From positions 52,452,001 to 52,516,000 of the forward strand of contig OX597824.1 in assembly GCA_951406725.2 (NCBI GenBank): 64,000 nt of DNA, given 5' to 3'. The number at the start of each line of letters is the position of its first letter. Within the stretch, counting starts at the first letter, position 1. The stretch is from Octopus vulgaris (taxonomy: Eukaryota). The notes beneath the pieces were generated by a model. It had not been told where the DNA came from, did not search any database, and was given only the letters and a program-made list of their open reading frames with translations. The position numbers and the translations under genes are program-made. This document shows, piece by piece, positions 29,454-43,095 of the stretch.

Positions 29454-31500
29454 TTATTGTATGGAAAGTGTTCTGCGTAGGATGTGTGCAGTGCCTAGTA
29501 GTGCAATTTTCTGTATGTTATATGTGTTTGTAAGTCCTGGTGTTTTTGTTATGTATTTGTCTGAATATTTTTTTATCATGCCTAATGCACCTACTATGAT
29601 AGGAATTGTTTCTGTTTTCAGGTTCCACATTCTAGTTACCTCTATTTCCAGATCTTTGTATTTTGAGAGTTTCTCCATTTCTTTTAGAGACACGTTGTCA
29701 TCTGCCGGTATTGATACATCAATTAGAAAGCATTTTTTTTCTTCATGATCTCTGACAACTATATCTGGTCTGTTGGCCTTAATTTCTCTATCTGTGTGTA
29801 TCGGCATATCCCAGAGTATGGTTGCTTTCTCGTTTTCTGTGACCTTTTCTGGTGTGTGCCTATACCATCTTTTTTCTGTTGTTATTCCATAATGTTGGCA
29901 TAGCTTCCAATGTATGTAGGTTCCAACTCTGTCATGTCTGTGAATATATTCCTTCTTAGCCAGGACTGGGCAGCTAGAGATAATATGATTTATTGTTTCT
30001 TGTCCATCTCCACATATTCTGCAGTTGATTGATTGATTGATTGATTCTAGTTTCAGCTTATGAGCTGTGGCCATACTTGTAATATTTCTTTTCATTACAT
30101 GTTTTTGGTAATTTCTGGTGGGGAGGCTTTGGTCTTGTGCTGCAATTAAAAATCCCTCTGTTTCTGCTTTGAGTCCTGAGCTTCTCAACCATTGCTGGGA
30201 TTTTTCTTTGTCTATTTCTTTTGCGTTTAGTTTAGTGCAGTATTTACCATGAAGGGGTTTTTCTTGCCATCGTTTTATCATGGCTCGTTGCTGTTCTATT
30301 TTTAGTTTGGATTTCATTTGTTTTATAGCTTTTGTTGTTTCTTCATCATCTTCTTCTTCTTCTTTGTGTTTATTAGGTGGTATGATTTCTTGTTTGTATT
30401 TGTCAGCTTCCTTAAATACTGAGAACAGTTTTTTGTTTTGCTCGTGTTTTGCTGCTATCTGGATCAGTTTTCCTTCCTTCTGAAGTAGGTATTTTTGCAG
30501 TCCTATGGTGGTTATTTTATAGTAGTTTTCCAGCTGTATAAGGCCTCTACCACCTTCTATACGTTGTATATATAGTCTTTCTATGTCAGATTTTGGGTGA
30601 TGCATCCTAGATCCTGTCAGTATTTTTCTTGTTTTCCTATCTATTTTTGACAGTTCATTTCGTGTCCAGTTAAGGATATTGTAGCTGTAACTTATAACTG
30701 GGACAGCTAAAGTGTTGATACCTATTATCTTGTTTTTAGCATTGAGCTCTGTTTTTAGTATTGATCTAACTCGTCTATAATATTCTTTTTTTATTTTCTC
30801 TTTCATTTGTGTGTGTTGTGTCTTATCTAGTTCATGGATTCCTAAGTATTTGTAAGTTTGGCTTTGGTCTAATTCTTTTATTTCATTGGTTTTATCTAGT
30901 GTGATGTTGTTACTCTTAACTAGTTTTCCTCTTTTCATGGTTACTTTGGCGCATTTTTCTAATCCAAATTTCATATCTATTTCTTTGGTAAATCCATGAA
31001 CTGTCTTTAATAGTGTTTCCAGCTGTTTGTCATCTGCAGCGTATAGTTTTAGGTCATCCATATATAAAAGGTGGCTGATCGTTTTGCCGTAACATTTATA
31101 TCCGCATCCAGTTCTATTTAGCATATCAGATAGAGGTGACAGTGCCAAGCAGAAAAGGAGTGGAGAGAGCGTGTCTCCCTGGAATATTCCTCTTCTAATG
31201 GGGATGTCTTTGGTTTTCATGAGCTCCTCTTTTGTTTGGAGGTGTAGGACTGTTCGCCATTTATTCATAGAGTGCTCTATGAATTTTATGATTGTTGGTG
31301 CTACTTTGTTAATGGCTAGTGTTTCGAGGATCCATGTGTGGGGGATGCTATCAAACGCCTTTTTGTAGTCAATCCAGGCCATACTGAGGCCTTTCTTCTT
31401 TCTGTGGCTGTCTTCAGTTACAGCTTTATTAATCATTAGTTGATCTTTACAGCCATATGAGCCCTTGCGGCATCCTTTCTGCTCTTCTGGGAACAGTTTG
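29454..31500 (-). CDS. Reverse transcriptase - CCHC zinc knuckle - restriction-like endonuclease (5'-truncated, no native start)
   Basis: EQKGCR, WIDYKKAFDS, GIFQGDTLSPLLF, LYMDDLKLY, YKYLG, CRIC...HIISSC, RHD, NRPDIVV...DVSIP...EKLSKY. The first ~33 aa of the listed ORF come from flank and (TAA)n. Confidence 0.9.
30027..30074 (-). mobile_element. 48-bp SINE/RTE-type 3' tail with (ATCA)n inserted in frame in the LINE ORF
   Basis: ATGGCCACAGCTCATAAGCTGAAACTAGAATCAATCAATCAATCAATC; resembles the SINE tails at 15667-15690 and 51946-51975. Confidence 0.8.
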
Positions 31501-31599
31501 TTTATTATTATTATTATTATTATTATTATTTGTATCATCACTGATATCACTGATAATATTGTTATGTGCAACAGCAGTAGTGGTTGCAGTAACAGCAAG

Positions 31600-32460
31600 C
31601 GTAGCAGGGGTGGGGTAGTATGAAGGGTAGTAGTTGGGCCTGAGATTCCTGTACTATCCCAGTGCTCAAACGCATCCGGTCACAATGTGATTCAAAGTTC
31701 AAAGTGTTTTCAGCATTGCTTGCCAGTTGGACCTTCCTCTTTGTTTCATATTTTAACTTTACTTGGGTTTGGCAAGATATCATTGACAGCACGTAGGCAG
31801 AAGGATAATTTTCCATGGTTAGTACTCTGGAATTGTTACTATGATAGTAGGCGCTCGAGTGCCTGCTCACACTGTATCCATTGTCCTTCGTGGGCAATCC
31901 CTACTACGTTTTCACGACGACTGTCCTCTCGTGACCCGCGGATCCTTTGTAATAAGAGCTACCACTTGCTTCTAACGTTTGTGTTTCATCCTTCTCTTGA
32001 CACCGTAGTTGCCAAATCCTTGATAGAATATTCCAACAATCTCTTTGCGTCACCAGTATATTGCTACTTTTTTCTCGGGCCTTCCACAGTCTGTAGTACT
32101 TTATGATCTTGTTAGCTTGTTTGACGTTTTCATACTCAGACTGAAGTAATGTGAGATTGTTCATGCCTTCCTGTCTTTGAATTCCTCTATCACCGATGAA
32201 ATTGTTAGGCAGAACTTCGAAAATGGACATTGCATGTATGTATGTTCCCAAATTGGATATACCATAGTCATAAGCCGGCTTTTATCAACTGCCCTTAGTC
32301 ATTTGTCTTGTAGGATCTCCGATGATGCCAATATCCTTAAGGGTACAGTCGTAATTCTTCCTGTTGGATTCCTTTTTATTTTCCTTCTTGGAATCATAAA
32401 TCACTGAACGTTGAAATTTCATTTATCAGTCTTATTTAAGGATGTTCAGTCACCGAGATT
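31600..32460 (-). pseudogene. Degenerate HERO-clade RLE LINE fragment
   Basis: Broken frames give LTISSVIEEFKDRKA, KEIVG, LSFCLRAVNDILPNPS...GPTGKQC and TLNHIVTGC..AL, typical of the HERO linker and zinc knuckle. Confidence 0.65.
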
Positions 32461-33332
32461 TTGATGGATTGAACATTATTTGTGGCCATGTAAGTATCTT
32501 TTCCAGCGAGCTCAGTGTTCTCAGCATCCATTGGGTTGATGGTGACATGACCGTTATGTCATCACTGATGGTCGGCCTTGTAGACTGAGTATCCAGTGTT
32601 TTAATTAGTTTGGAGTCCTCTCCACTGTTTTCTTTCCACCTTTAGCAGTAAGTTTATGGTCACCACAAATAGGATCACAGAAATGTTGCATCTCGCCATA
32701 ATATCCTTTTTTTTTCAGTCACTGCGAATTAATGGTGAAATTTCCCATGGGGAACCTCATATTCAATGAATCCATATGCAAGAGTATGAGACCGAATACC
32801 GGTGTTGGTATTTGGTAATACTGAAGTGGGCTATCAATTAGCTTGTAGGCACGTTTGGGTAGACTTTGGTAAGAGCTAACCACTACCATTGGAAGTGAGG
32901 TGTTATCCATCTTTGCACTCTTAAACGCATTGGTAATATATATATATTGGTAATATATATTCGAAGAATCCAAAGTAACATCTGATACCTTCGCTTTGGA
33001 AATTTATATATAACCGTTTCCATAATGAATTATTTTTTAAAAGTCACCAGAGGAGACATACCTGCACCTATCGTGCATGATGATTGTACAGAATCTCGTC
33101 TGTAAGGCACCGATGCATGATGGGTCAAAACGATCGTAGAGGTTCTGAATAAAGGGTTTCATGAATTCTATTTTCTGTTTTTCTAAATAAATTCTATGGA
33201 CACCAAAGCATTCCTGAAGTAAATCCAATAGCATATACCTTCATACTGTCGTCGACCTCAGATAGCCGAATACTGTGAACGGGCTTTAAATATCATACTT
33301 CAAGGTGTATACCTGAATATAAAATGATTACT

Positions 33333-33385
<53 letters not shown>

Positions 33386-34704
33386 ATATGTACTTACACA
33401 CACACACACGTATATAAATATATATATATATATATACATACACACACACATATATAGAAATATATACATCCATATTCCTATCTGTCTGTATGATGTGTGA
33501 GTATGCATGTGCGCGTGCGCGATTTTGTGTGCGCGTGTGTGTGTAACAGTGCAGAGTGCAGCCTTTGATCTGCCTTTCTACTTTTACTTTCTCTTTCTTT
33601 GCTGAATACAATTTTTCTGCTCCCGTCTTGGATGTGTTTCTTTAATAGATAATTCTGAAGAATTACTGTCTATACGTTTGCCGTTAGATAATTATTCTTA
33701 TCAGTAAAAAGAACAAATTATTTCCTTGCATCCATCGCTGAGTAGAATCAGTCATAGTCTCCGAGTATTTACTTTTATCAAATTCGAACGATGCAGCAGC
33801 CTTTGAATATCTGTAAGCCATTTATACATTTTTGTGAGTCAAGTCATCACGAAAAGCAAAGCGAATTCAGAAATTCTAACGATACTTAATATATTTTTGT
33901 CTGAACTATCAAGCACATTTAATGTAATGTTCTTATCTTTGACCAGTAGCAGAGTTCAATGGAATATCGAAACTTTAAATAGAGTTTTGCTTGCCAAATC
34001 ACCTGAGTGAAGATCATAAATTCAATACTTACCGACAGCAGTTTTTAACAAGCTTAGTTGGACAAGATTCATATAATTTTGGTAATTTTAGTTTCTCAGA
34101 AAGTAAGAATTTTTTATGTCAGTCCATTACAGTTTTTCTAAGTCGAGGAATTTTTTCACTAAAAAGATAGTAAAGCGAGTTTCTTTTCTTTGTGTGATGT
34201 CTCTAACACGTCAGATATTTTGAAAATTTCAATTTGAGCATGACAAAACTTCCTAAATGATGAGACAATAATCGGAAAAGAAAAGAATCGGAAACTTGAA
34301 TAACTGGAGAGAGTAAACATTTTAGATATATAAAAAGAAAAAAGAACAAAAATAGAACAAATGAGAGAAATACTAAGAAACTTCGTAGAACTGTTTCTGC
34401 ACATATAGAATAATCAATATTCTGTTTTGAATATTATAATTAACAGATTATCGAATAAAAGTTGCATCTGTGTGCATAAAATACTGACGAGGTATTAAAA
34501 TACGTATTGGTGAAATTGCAGAATATATAGAGAATGTTTTAGGGAATAGAGCCATATTTAAGGTTTTTACTTGAAATATTTTATATGAAATATATATTTA
34601 CACTTACCATAAACTAAGAATCTGACAATTTGATAAAATCTGAGAGAAATATATTATTTTTCTAAAATAATGCATCTCATTAGAATTGAGGATATATATA
34701 TATA

Positions 34705-35055
34705 TGCATTTATGGGTACAAGACATCATCAACAGTAAACAACATGAAATACGAAGACAAATAATTTAAATAAGCAAATAAAGAGAGAAAAAATGACAAT
34801 TAATACAAAGAATGACCCTTCTTCAGTTGTCGGCTGTCTATCTACTCCCCCATTTGGAGCATTCAACGACAACATGAGTCTTCGAAGACAGTTGCTCCCA
34901 TAAATACCAAAATAAAACTTTGGGTTTATGGGGGGTCAAACGTAAGAACAAAAACAGGACAGTGGAGACATACAGAGAAACCGAACGAAAACAAACATGG
35001 AGGGTTGTTAGACCTGAACGAGGGGAAAATAGTGAACACTGAGAGAAATGTGCAT
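34705..35055 (-). mobile_element. Diverged relative of the 381-1147 element (3' part)
   Basis: Shares AGACAG..GACAACTGA.GA and the 3' end GTTGATGATGTCTTGTACCCATAAAT (versus GTTGGTGATGTCCTGTACTTAATA) into (TA)n. Confidence 0.55.
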
Positions 35056-35064
35056 ATCTGTATA

Positions 35065-35100
<36 letters not shown>

Positions 35101-35918
35101 TGTCTATGTATGTGTGCATATTATATATGTATGCATGCTCATACAAGTAGACATAACCACACATGTGTGTTGTTGCGTGCACACATATACACATATATTT
35201 ATAAAAGTCTATCCGCAATGTAAAGTGTAAGGATAAAAATAGGGCATAAATTGATTTTAAAAAAGCACAACATTATTAAGATTATGAGACAAAGAGGAGA
35301 GAGATCATATAAATATAAAACAAAAAGTTGTGAATTTTTATTATGCGCTCAATTAATACTGTAGCTCTAGTTATACATGGTACGTGAAAACAAAGCCTTA
35401 AAGTCAAAACGTGAATACCTTTGTCCCGAGGGCTTCTCCACCAGAGATTGTCTGTGGCTTAAAAATAACTACAATGTCAACAACTACTTCAATCTCCGTA
35501 TGAGTCTCACCCATACGTAACCCAGTCACCTCAAACCAGATTTGTACTTCAGAAAAATCTTGAAAACATTCTCCAAGAAAAACCTAGCAACATTTAACAC
35601 ATATGATAACACAAAAATCTTCACTTTAGTACTCGGGAAGAACACACAACTAAAACTTTATGTTACTGCAGAATCTCTATCGGTCTTTCATTGCATAACC
35701 TTACTAAACCTAAATGCCATGAACTAAGATTCCTTTTTCTGTAGCACAAAATACTTCAGCTCTGATCAGTTGCTGGCCCCTCCACGAAATACATATGTGA
35801 TGAGTGCACGTCATACCAGATACTCGCATATCTGGCACAGCCCTGAGATAATATTCACGAATATCCAAATGAAAGCAACGAATAAGACCGTTCGTGGTGG
35901 TGGTGGTGGTGGTGGTGC

Positions 35919-35980
<62 letters not shown>

Positions 35981-36205
35981 CTGCTACTACTGCTGCTGCT
36001 GTCGATGATGATGATGGCGATGGTGATTCCTTCACAAACGAATCAGCATAATGCATCAAGTGGAGAGGGATCACAGATAGACTAACTTCTAGTCAGGCGT
36101 CAAATCAGATCCCGAAGAGACATCAGTAAGTTGAAGACATTTCCGCCACTCTACTCTTTTTACCAGAATGGTCGTAACTTAATTAGAATAAATAAAACAA
36201 ATAAA

Positions 36206-37264
36206 GGATCTTTTCTTTTTGAAAGCCAGATTTTCCTAGTTAACTAAGCAATTTGAAACTTCGTATACTGGTAGAATGTGTCAAAAGAAAACATAATTGT
36301 AAACCAAAATGAAAACGGAATTGTAATTTCTAAGTTTAACGTTGTTTAAAAATTCGAATTTTAACCAATGATATTCTTTCTTTCGGCCTCATATTATTTA
36401 CTGCTTCTCAAAATATTGTTACTGTGACGTAAACAGCTATTTTGTGACGTAGTTAACGTAAACATGTAAATAGCTAAAATGTAAACATCTCCGCTTATCG
36501 TAAACTTCGTGGAGTATATATAAAATTTGTGTAGATCCTAAATAGCTACACACACATGTATACAAACATATGCATATATATATATATATATATACACCTA
36601 TACACACATATTCTAATGCATATGCATATATGTGTATATATTTATAATGTGTGTGTATTATAGATGCATACATTATATATATATATAAAAGATGTTTACA
36701 TACAATATATATATGTTATATACATCTACATGTATATGTATGTATGAATATATAAGTACCACAGAATTTGAATCAAACTGTTTTGATCCATACATACACA
36801 CACACACACACCCATCCATGAGACATCCTAACATAATCAATGCTACTACTACTATCATCATCATTATCATCATCATCCACTGCCGCCACCACCACCACCA
36901 CCACCTCTACAAAAACACCAACTCTATAATTGCTGCCATCATACACATCCACTGTCACCACTACCACCACTGCCATGATAACCACATCTACCACAGCTGT
37001 TTGCTTACTGCTTACTCACTCACAAAATAGCTATCTACGTTACATTAACACTATGAGCTAATAATTTCAAATGAAAACAGACAATACGATTGGTTAAAAT
37101 TCGCAGATTTAAACTACGTTTAAACTTATAAAATACATTTTTGTCAAAAAAAACTAGTTGAAATTATTGTTTTCTTTTGACACATTCTACCAGTATACGA
37201 AGTTTCAAATTATTTAGTTAACTAGAAAAATTTGAAAAATATGGCTTTCAAAAAGAAAAGATCC
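36206..37264. mobile_element. Merlin-like fold-back MITE, ~240-bp TIRs, 8-bp TSD CAAATAAA
   Basis: CAAATAAA|GGATCTTTTCTTTTTGAAAGCCA...TGGCTTTCAAAAAGAAAAGATCC|CAAATAAA; GG termini plus an 8-bp TSD fit the Merlin superfamily. Confidence 0.8.
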
Positions 37265-37554
37265 CAAATAAAGTATTCAATAACAATTTCAAAGATTACT
37301 TGTTTTAACCGAACTCACAAGAATTTGTCTATTTATTTAGAAATTAAGCACACATTGGAACTAAATTCTATTTCTTCTTCTTCTACGTGTTGTTGTTGTT
37401 GTTCTGGTTTTTCTTGTATTTTTTGTCACATTATATTTTACTTCGTATTGCCATGTCTAGTACTCCGTTTACGTTTACTGTACTTCATTTTACGGCAACA
37501 GAGACCAACAGAGACACATTTATCTGTTCGTAACAAACTTGGAAACGGACGAGA

Positions 37555-37600
<46 letters not shown>

Positions 37601-37793
37601 TATGCACAGAGAGATAAAAATCGATCAGAATCTATCAGATTATGACAATAAATCTCCACAACAAACTAATGGTTTAGCAGGATTGAATGGAACATTGAAA
37701 TCATATGAGGCGGGGACAAGTAAAATAAAACTACTGTCCAGATCGATGCAGATCGTATTCGTCATTATTGAGGAGTAGTAGTAGTAGTAGTAA

Positions 37794-37852
<59 letters not shown>

Positions 37853-38337
37853 AAATTTCAGCCAACAGATTAGAGGAAAAAAAATTCATTCTATTTTATT
37901 TTATTTTCCGTATTCATTTATTTAATTTGATGTTGTGCAACTCTGTGTCCACTGTCTGCAAACCAATATATTGTAACTGCACACTAGCTCTTTCTTCCCT
38001 TTTCTTCGTTTCTTTCCTTCACTTTCTCTTTATCTCACTATCTTTCTGCCTGCGTATCTGCCTGCCAATGGAAATACACACCATACTTACCATTGATGAA
38101 CACAATAGTATATGAATATCTTTATGTAAATGAGCAACTCATATAAACACATACACACACGCCGCACTTACCTACATTCCGACCTACATACGTAGTACCT
38201 ACCTACCGACATACATACATACACACACATACATACATACATACATACATACATACATACATACATACATGTATCCATCCATCTATCCATCCATCTATCC
38301 ATCCATACATACATACATCCATACATACATACATACA

Positions 38338-38371
<34 letters not shown>

Positions 38372-38468
38372 CATACGGTTTATATGGTCCAAGAAATTAG
38401 TACTTAAAAACTGTGATTCATTCTTTAAGATGGAAATGTAAGAAGCTGATTGAGATAATGTGTGTGTG

Positions 38469-38516
<48 letters not shown>

Positions 38517-39214
38517 AGTATATTTATACGCGTGTGAATAAACGAATATTTCTCATATAAGGTCTTTTGAGTAACCGGAGCAGAACAGTCATGAAGAACG
38601 GGTCTAACTTTTCTCTCTTTTTTTATTTTATTTCAGTCATGAAGAACGGGTCTAACTTTTCTCTCTTTTTTTATTTTATTTCATTTATTGTTTTAAAACA
38701 TGATAATACTGTATTGACTTTACAGTTGCAAACCCTGCGTTATCAAATCATGTACAAAGAAAAAAAACTGGAATACAAATCATTCGAAGAACTGATCAAC
38801 CGTCGGTTATATAGACTGTTCTTCACTTGGAATGGCATACGTCTTTCCATTAATGGCTTCCAAAAGTATTTTCAGAAAAACAATTAATAATTTCCTCTTA
38901 TCCGAATTAGCGAGGGTAATAAAATATAGTTGCTCCTAGATATTCTTAAAGTTGCATTCAAAGAATGAATTTCAAATTTTAAGTGCCAATTCGTTGGGCA
39001 AAGGCGCCCCTGAAATCAATTTCACTTTCTTTTGTGATTTTCTTTTCCTTTATTCTATTTTTTAATTCTTTTTTTTTTTGTTTAACATTTCCTTTAAATC
39101 TGAATACTATAATGATTTGTCTCCCAAAACCCGATAAAAAGATTATGTGGTTGCTTGTCTCAATATCATTATTCAACTTGAGATAATAGAAATTTGAAAA
39201 TAATATCAAATACA

Positions 39215-39423
39215 AATTTTGGCAATAGGCCAGAAATATCAGGGGATGAGATAACTTGATTACATTGACCCTCAGTGCTCAAATTGTACTTATTTTATTG
39301 ACCCTGAAAGGTTGAAAGGCAAAGTGAAAGCGGACAGAATTTGAACTCAGACCATAAAGACAGACGAAATGCCGCTAAGCAGTTGTCCCCGCGTGTTTAC
39401 GATTCTGCCTGTTCGCTGCCTTA
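39215..39423 (-). mobile_element. Cephalopod tRNA-derived SINE (OK/Nin-type)
   Basis: Minus strand begins AAGGCAGCGAACAGGCAGAATCG, contains GAGTTCAAATTC. Confidence 0.75.
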
Positions 39424-39976
39424 ATTTGAAAGTAATACTGAATGAAAGTAATAAGTTGCAAAAGTTTTCTGATTTTCTACAGCAAATATGATATCGGTCT
39501 ATTAATTATTCAGAACTTATGGATAAACCCCATATTCATTCAAAATTTGCTAAACATAAAGCAATTTGTTAGAAACCAGTCGTACTTTGACGTTTTTGTA
39601 ACCGTCAGTGCCAAATAATGCTTGCAAACAGTTTACACTCAAAAATTGGAAGTAAAAATGTATGTAATGTTTGCGGTTTTAGACATTAGAGTGGCACTTC
39701 ATCAGATTTGCATAAAAGGTGCACTCTTACATTGTGTCTTCTTTTATTTTCTTAATCTTTTTTTGTTTTTACTGATATCGGGAGGAAACAAAACGTAAAT
39801 AAGTGTAGTTAAGGGGTGAGTAATTGGTATAGAGATCATGTGGGGAAGGAAGGAAGGAAGAAGAAGAAGAAGAAGAAGAAGAAGAAGAAGAAGAAGAAGA
39901 AGAAGAAGAAGAAGAAGAAGAAGAAGAAGAAGAAGAAGCAGCTAAGGACGTTAATAAATGAAGAAAAGACAATATA

Positions 39977-42076
39977 CAGAGTGTTTCAAACTACATGATT
40001 AAAACAAATGAAACGAAACAGGCTTAATTTTGAGCAACAAAATTTATTCCTCCAAATTTGAATGAGAAATTTAAAAGTATGTGGATTCCATAAACGATTT
40101 CACAAATGTTCAATATGCGCACCGCCTGAGACACGGCACACGTGTCCAGCTCCTCTCAAACACGCTGCAGCATCTCTTAGGCAACAGTCTCCAGTGCTGT
40201 AACGATTCTCTGCTCAAGTTCTTCTAGGCTTGCAGGAAACAAGACGTTCCTTGAACTCGGTTTCAAGTTTCTCTTGCACATCAACACATAATTGTTTGCG
40301 CTTTTGCTTGTAATATATCGTCATGCCCTGCAGCCTGTAGGGCTTCATTAACAAATGTTTCCTCAGGACACGCCAAATATTCGTTGGAGGAATCTGGGTT
40401 TCCAGACTTGTTCTTATGAACTTTTGGGGGCTTCGCAAAAGTTTTAGGCGAACCCGCTCGACCGTCTCTTCCGATGTTAGTGGTCGTCCAAATCCTTTAG
40501 CCCTGCACAGACAGCCTTCTACTTTTTGTGCCATATCCAAATCTGCATTGCCGTTGGTGACTTTTTAGAGAACTCTCTCACAAATGCACGCTGCACAGTC
40601 TTGTTCGATTGTGCTCGAGCATACTCCAACACAAAAACGCCTTTTCTATTCTAGTGAATGCCATTTCTATACCTGGAAAGATACGCGGGGCGTTCAATAA
40701 GTAATGCCCCTGACCCACTTCCCATAGCAGTAGAGCAACGAAACTTGGCACAGTTATTAGTCTTTTTCTATATAGAAACCACGCATTTCTCCCATTGTTT
40801 GATGCAGCTCTGGAGACCGTTTTTGTAGAAGACCCCAGCTTGGTCCTCCAACCTGAACGTGACTTCAGAAACCAAGGCTGCATCATCTGGGAAATGCTTT
40901 CCTTTCAAAAACAACTTCATGACTGGGAAGAGGTGAAAATCAGAGGGTGCAAGGTCAGGAAAGTAGGGGGATGGGGGAGGAGTTCATAGCCATACGCCTG
41001 TGCTTCTGATCTGGCGACAAGCGAGTTGTGGACCGGAGCGTTGTCCTGAAGGAGGAGGATGCCTTTGCTGATCTTGCCCCGCCTCTTGATTTTGATAACT
41101 TCTCTTAATTTCCTCAAAAGTGAAGCATAATAAGCTCCTGCAATTGTGGTACCCTTTGCCAGGAAATCTGTCATCACTACTCCGTCCTGGTCCCAGAAGA
41201 CTGTGAGCATGATCTTGCCAGCGGAGGGCTGCACTCTTGCCTTCTTTGGGGGGGATGAGTCACGGTGCTTCCACTGCATTGACTGGGCTTTGGTCTCTGG
41301 ATCATCGTGATGGACCCAGGTTTCATCCTGTGTAATCAGTCTTTTGAAAAATTTTGACTCATCTTCTTGGCACATCTCCAAATTCACCCTCGAGCACTCG
41401 ACGCGTTCTTGCTTCTGGAAAGGCGTGAGCAACCTGGGAATCCATCTGGCAGACACCTTTTGCATATGCAAATGGTCATGAATGATAGTTTCCACAGACC
41501 CGGTACTAATCTTGACCTCATGGGCTATTTGGCGAATAATTATGCGTCGATCTTCCAAAATGGCAGCCTCAACTTGACGGACAGATGCCTCATCAATGGC
41601 TGAAGGGGCGACCAGATCTGGGAGCTGTTTCCACAGAGTTCCGACCATGTTTGAATTCACGATACCAGTGTTTTACAAGGTCATATGATGGGGCATCATC
41701 ACCATAAGTTACTTTCATTTCATCAAAAGTTTCCCGTGGTGTGCGTCCTTTCAAATACAAAAACCGGATCACTGCTCGACACTCAACAGGCTCCATTTCA
41801 CACTTGACTCGGTTCAAACACCTGTAAATCAGAAACCACAATTAATTCAGAGCTGTAATTTGCCACTTACTCTATAGAGATATAAATGATTGCACATGCA
41901 CCATTTCAGCTAGATCAAACAACTGCAAGTGGGTCAGAGGCATTACTTATTGAACGTCCCTCGTAAATATAAAATTTTGATCTGTTTCTACATATGCTGT
42001 TAAGATTTGAAGTCATTTGAATAAGAACTGGCAGAGTTATTAGATTGCGAATTATCAAATTTTTTGAAACACCCTG
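39977..42076 (-). mobile_element. Internally deleted Tc1/mariner-superfamily element (DUF4817-type HTH), host of a nested mariner
   Basis: TIRs TA-CAGAGTGTTTCAAA / TTTGAAACACCCTG-TA; MAFTRIEKAF..., GRPLTSEETVERVR...RSPQK...IWRVLRKHLLMKPYRLQ. Confidence 0.75.
40684..41963 (-). mobile_element. Full-length (~1.28 kb) mariner transposon with a frameshifted DD34D transposase (ATG at 41796)
   Basis: TIRs TA-CGCGGGGCGTTCAATAAGTAATGCC / GGCATTACTTATTGAACGTCCCTCG-TA; WIPRLL, ITQDETW, QDNAPVH and, after a frameshift, PDLAPSDFHLF. Confidence 0.95.
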
Positions 42077-42557
42077 TATATTGTCTTTTCCTCATTATAA
42101 TCCTCCTCCTTCTCCTTCTCCTCCTTCTTCACCTCCTTCTTCTCCTCCTTCTCCTCCTCCTTCTCCTCCTCCTTCTCCTCCTCCTTCTCCTCCTCCTTCT
42201 CCCCCTCCTTCTCCTCCTCCTCGTCCTTCTCCCCTCCTCCTCCTCCTCCATCTTCTTCATCTTCTTCTTCTACTACTACTACTACTATTCTTCCTTTTCT
42301 AATTTTCTCCTTCTTCTCCCCCTTCCCTTCTTTTCCTTTTTTCGTTTTCTCCTCCTTCTTCTTCTCCTTTTTCTCCTCCCTCTCCCCTCTTCCTTCTTTA
42401 TCTCCCCCTCCTCCTCCTTCTTCTTTTCCTTTTTCTCCCTTTCTCCTCCTCCTCCTTCTTCTTCCACTATCTTATTTTTCTTCTTTTTTTCCTTCTTCCC
42501 CTCTCTTCTTTTTCTTCTTCTTCTTCTTCTTCTTCTTCTTCTTCTTCTTCTTCTTCG

Positions 42558-42603
<46 letters not shown>

Positions 42604-43031
42604 TCCCACATGATCTCTATACTAATTGTTCATCCCCTAACCACACTTTAATTTTCTTTTTATTTCCTCCCGATATAATCAAAGAAAAACAATGTATGGA
42701 AGAAGCACAGTGTAAGCGTGCACTTTAGAAGCAAGTCTGATATATTACCTCTCTAATGTCTAAAACCGCAAACATTGCGTAAATTTTCAATTCGAAGTTT
42801 TGCGTAAACTGGTATTGCAAGTAGAGTTGGTACAGAGATAATTGTAACGAAACGTTCAAGATGTGTTAAAAAAATTTCTTTACCTTATTATTTGGGTTAT
42901 AAATTACTCTTCGCCACACCCAAACTACGGTTTTACTGTCGTGATACCAGGGTTTTCTACACTTCAAGATTTTCGGTATTAGTCTGAAATCTGACAGTGT
43001 TGATAGCCCAGAAATCAGGTTGAGTGTTTTA

Positions 43032-43095
43032 GACTCTTGTCAAAGGTGCCATGCAGTGGGACTGAACCCAGAATCATGTGATTGGGAAGCAAGCT
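43032..43095 (-). mobile_element. OR-type SINE head fragment
   Basis: Reverse complement of the 15312-15390 head. Confidence 0.65.

Larger units (their letters stand above)
29357..31500 (-). mobile_element. Young 5'-truncated R4/Dong LINE flanked by (TAA)n
   Basis: Uninterrupted frame to the stop at 29454 plus ~97-bp 3' UTR; (TTA)n on both sides. Confidence 0.95.

Noticed and set aside
31501-31598. Hydrophobic N-terminus (poly-Ile) of the 714-aa ORF as a signal peptide
   Set aside because: Read-through of flanking DNA and the (TAA)n target repeat upstream of a 5'-truncated LINE.
35770-36085. Poly-Gly/Ala/Asp ORF resembling a transcription-factor exon
   Set aside because: Compound (GGT)(GCT)(GAT) microsatellite without a recognisable domain or clear splice context.
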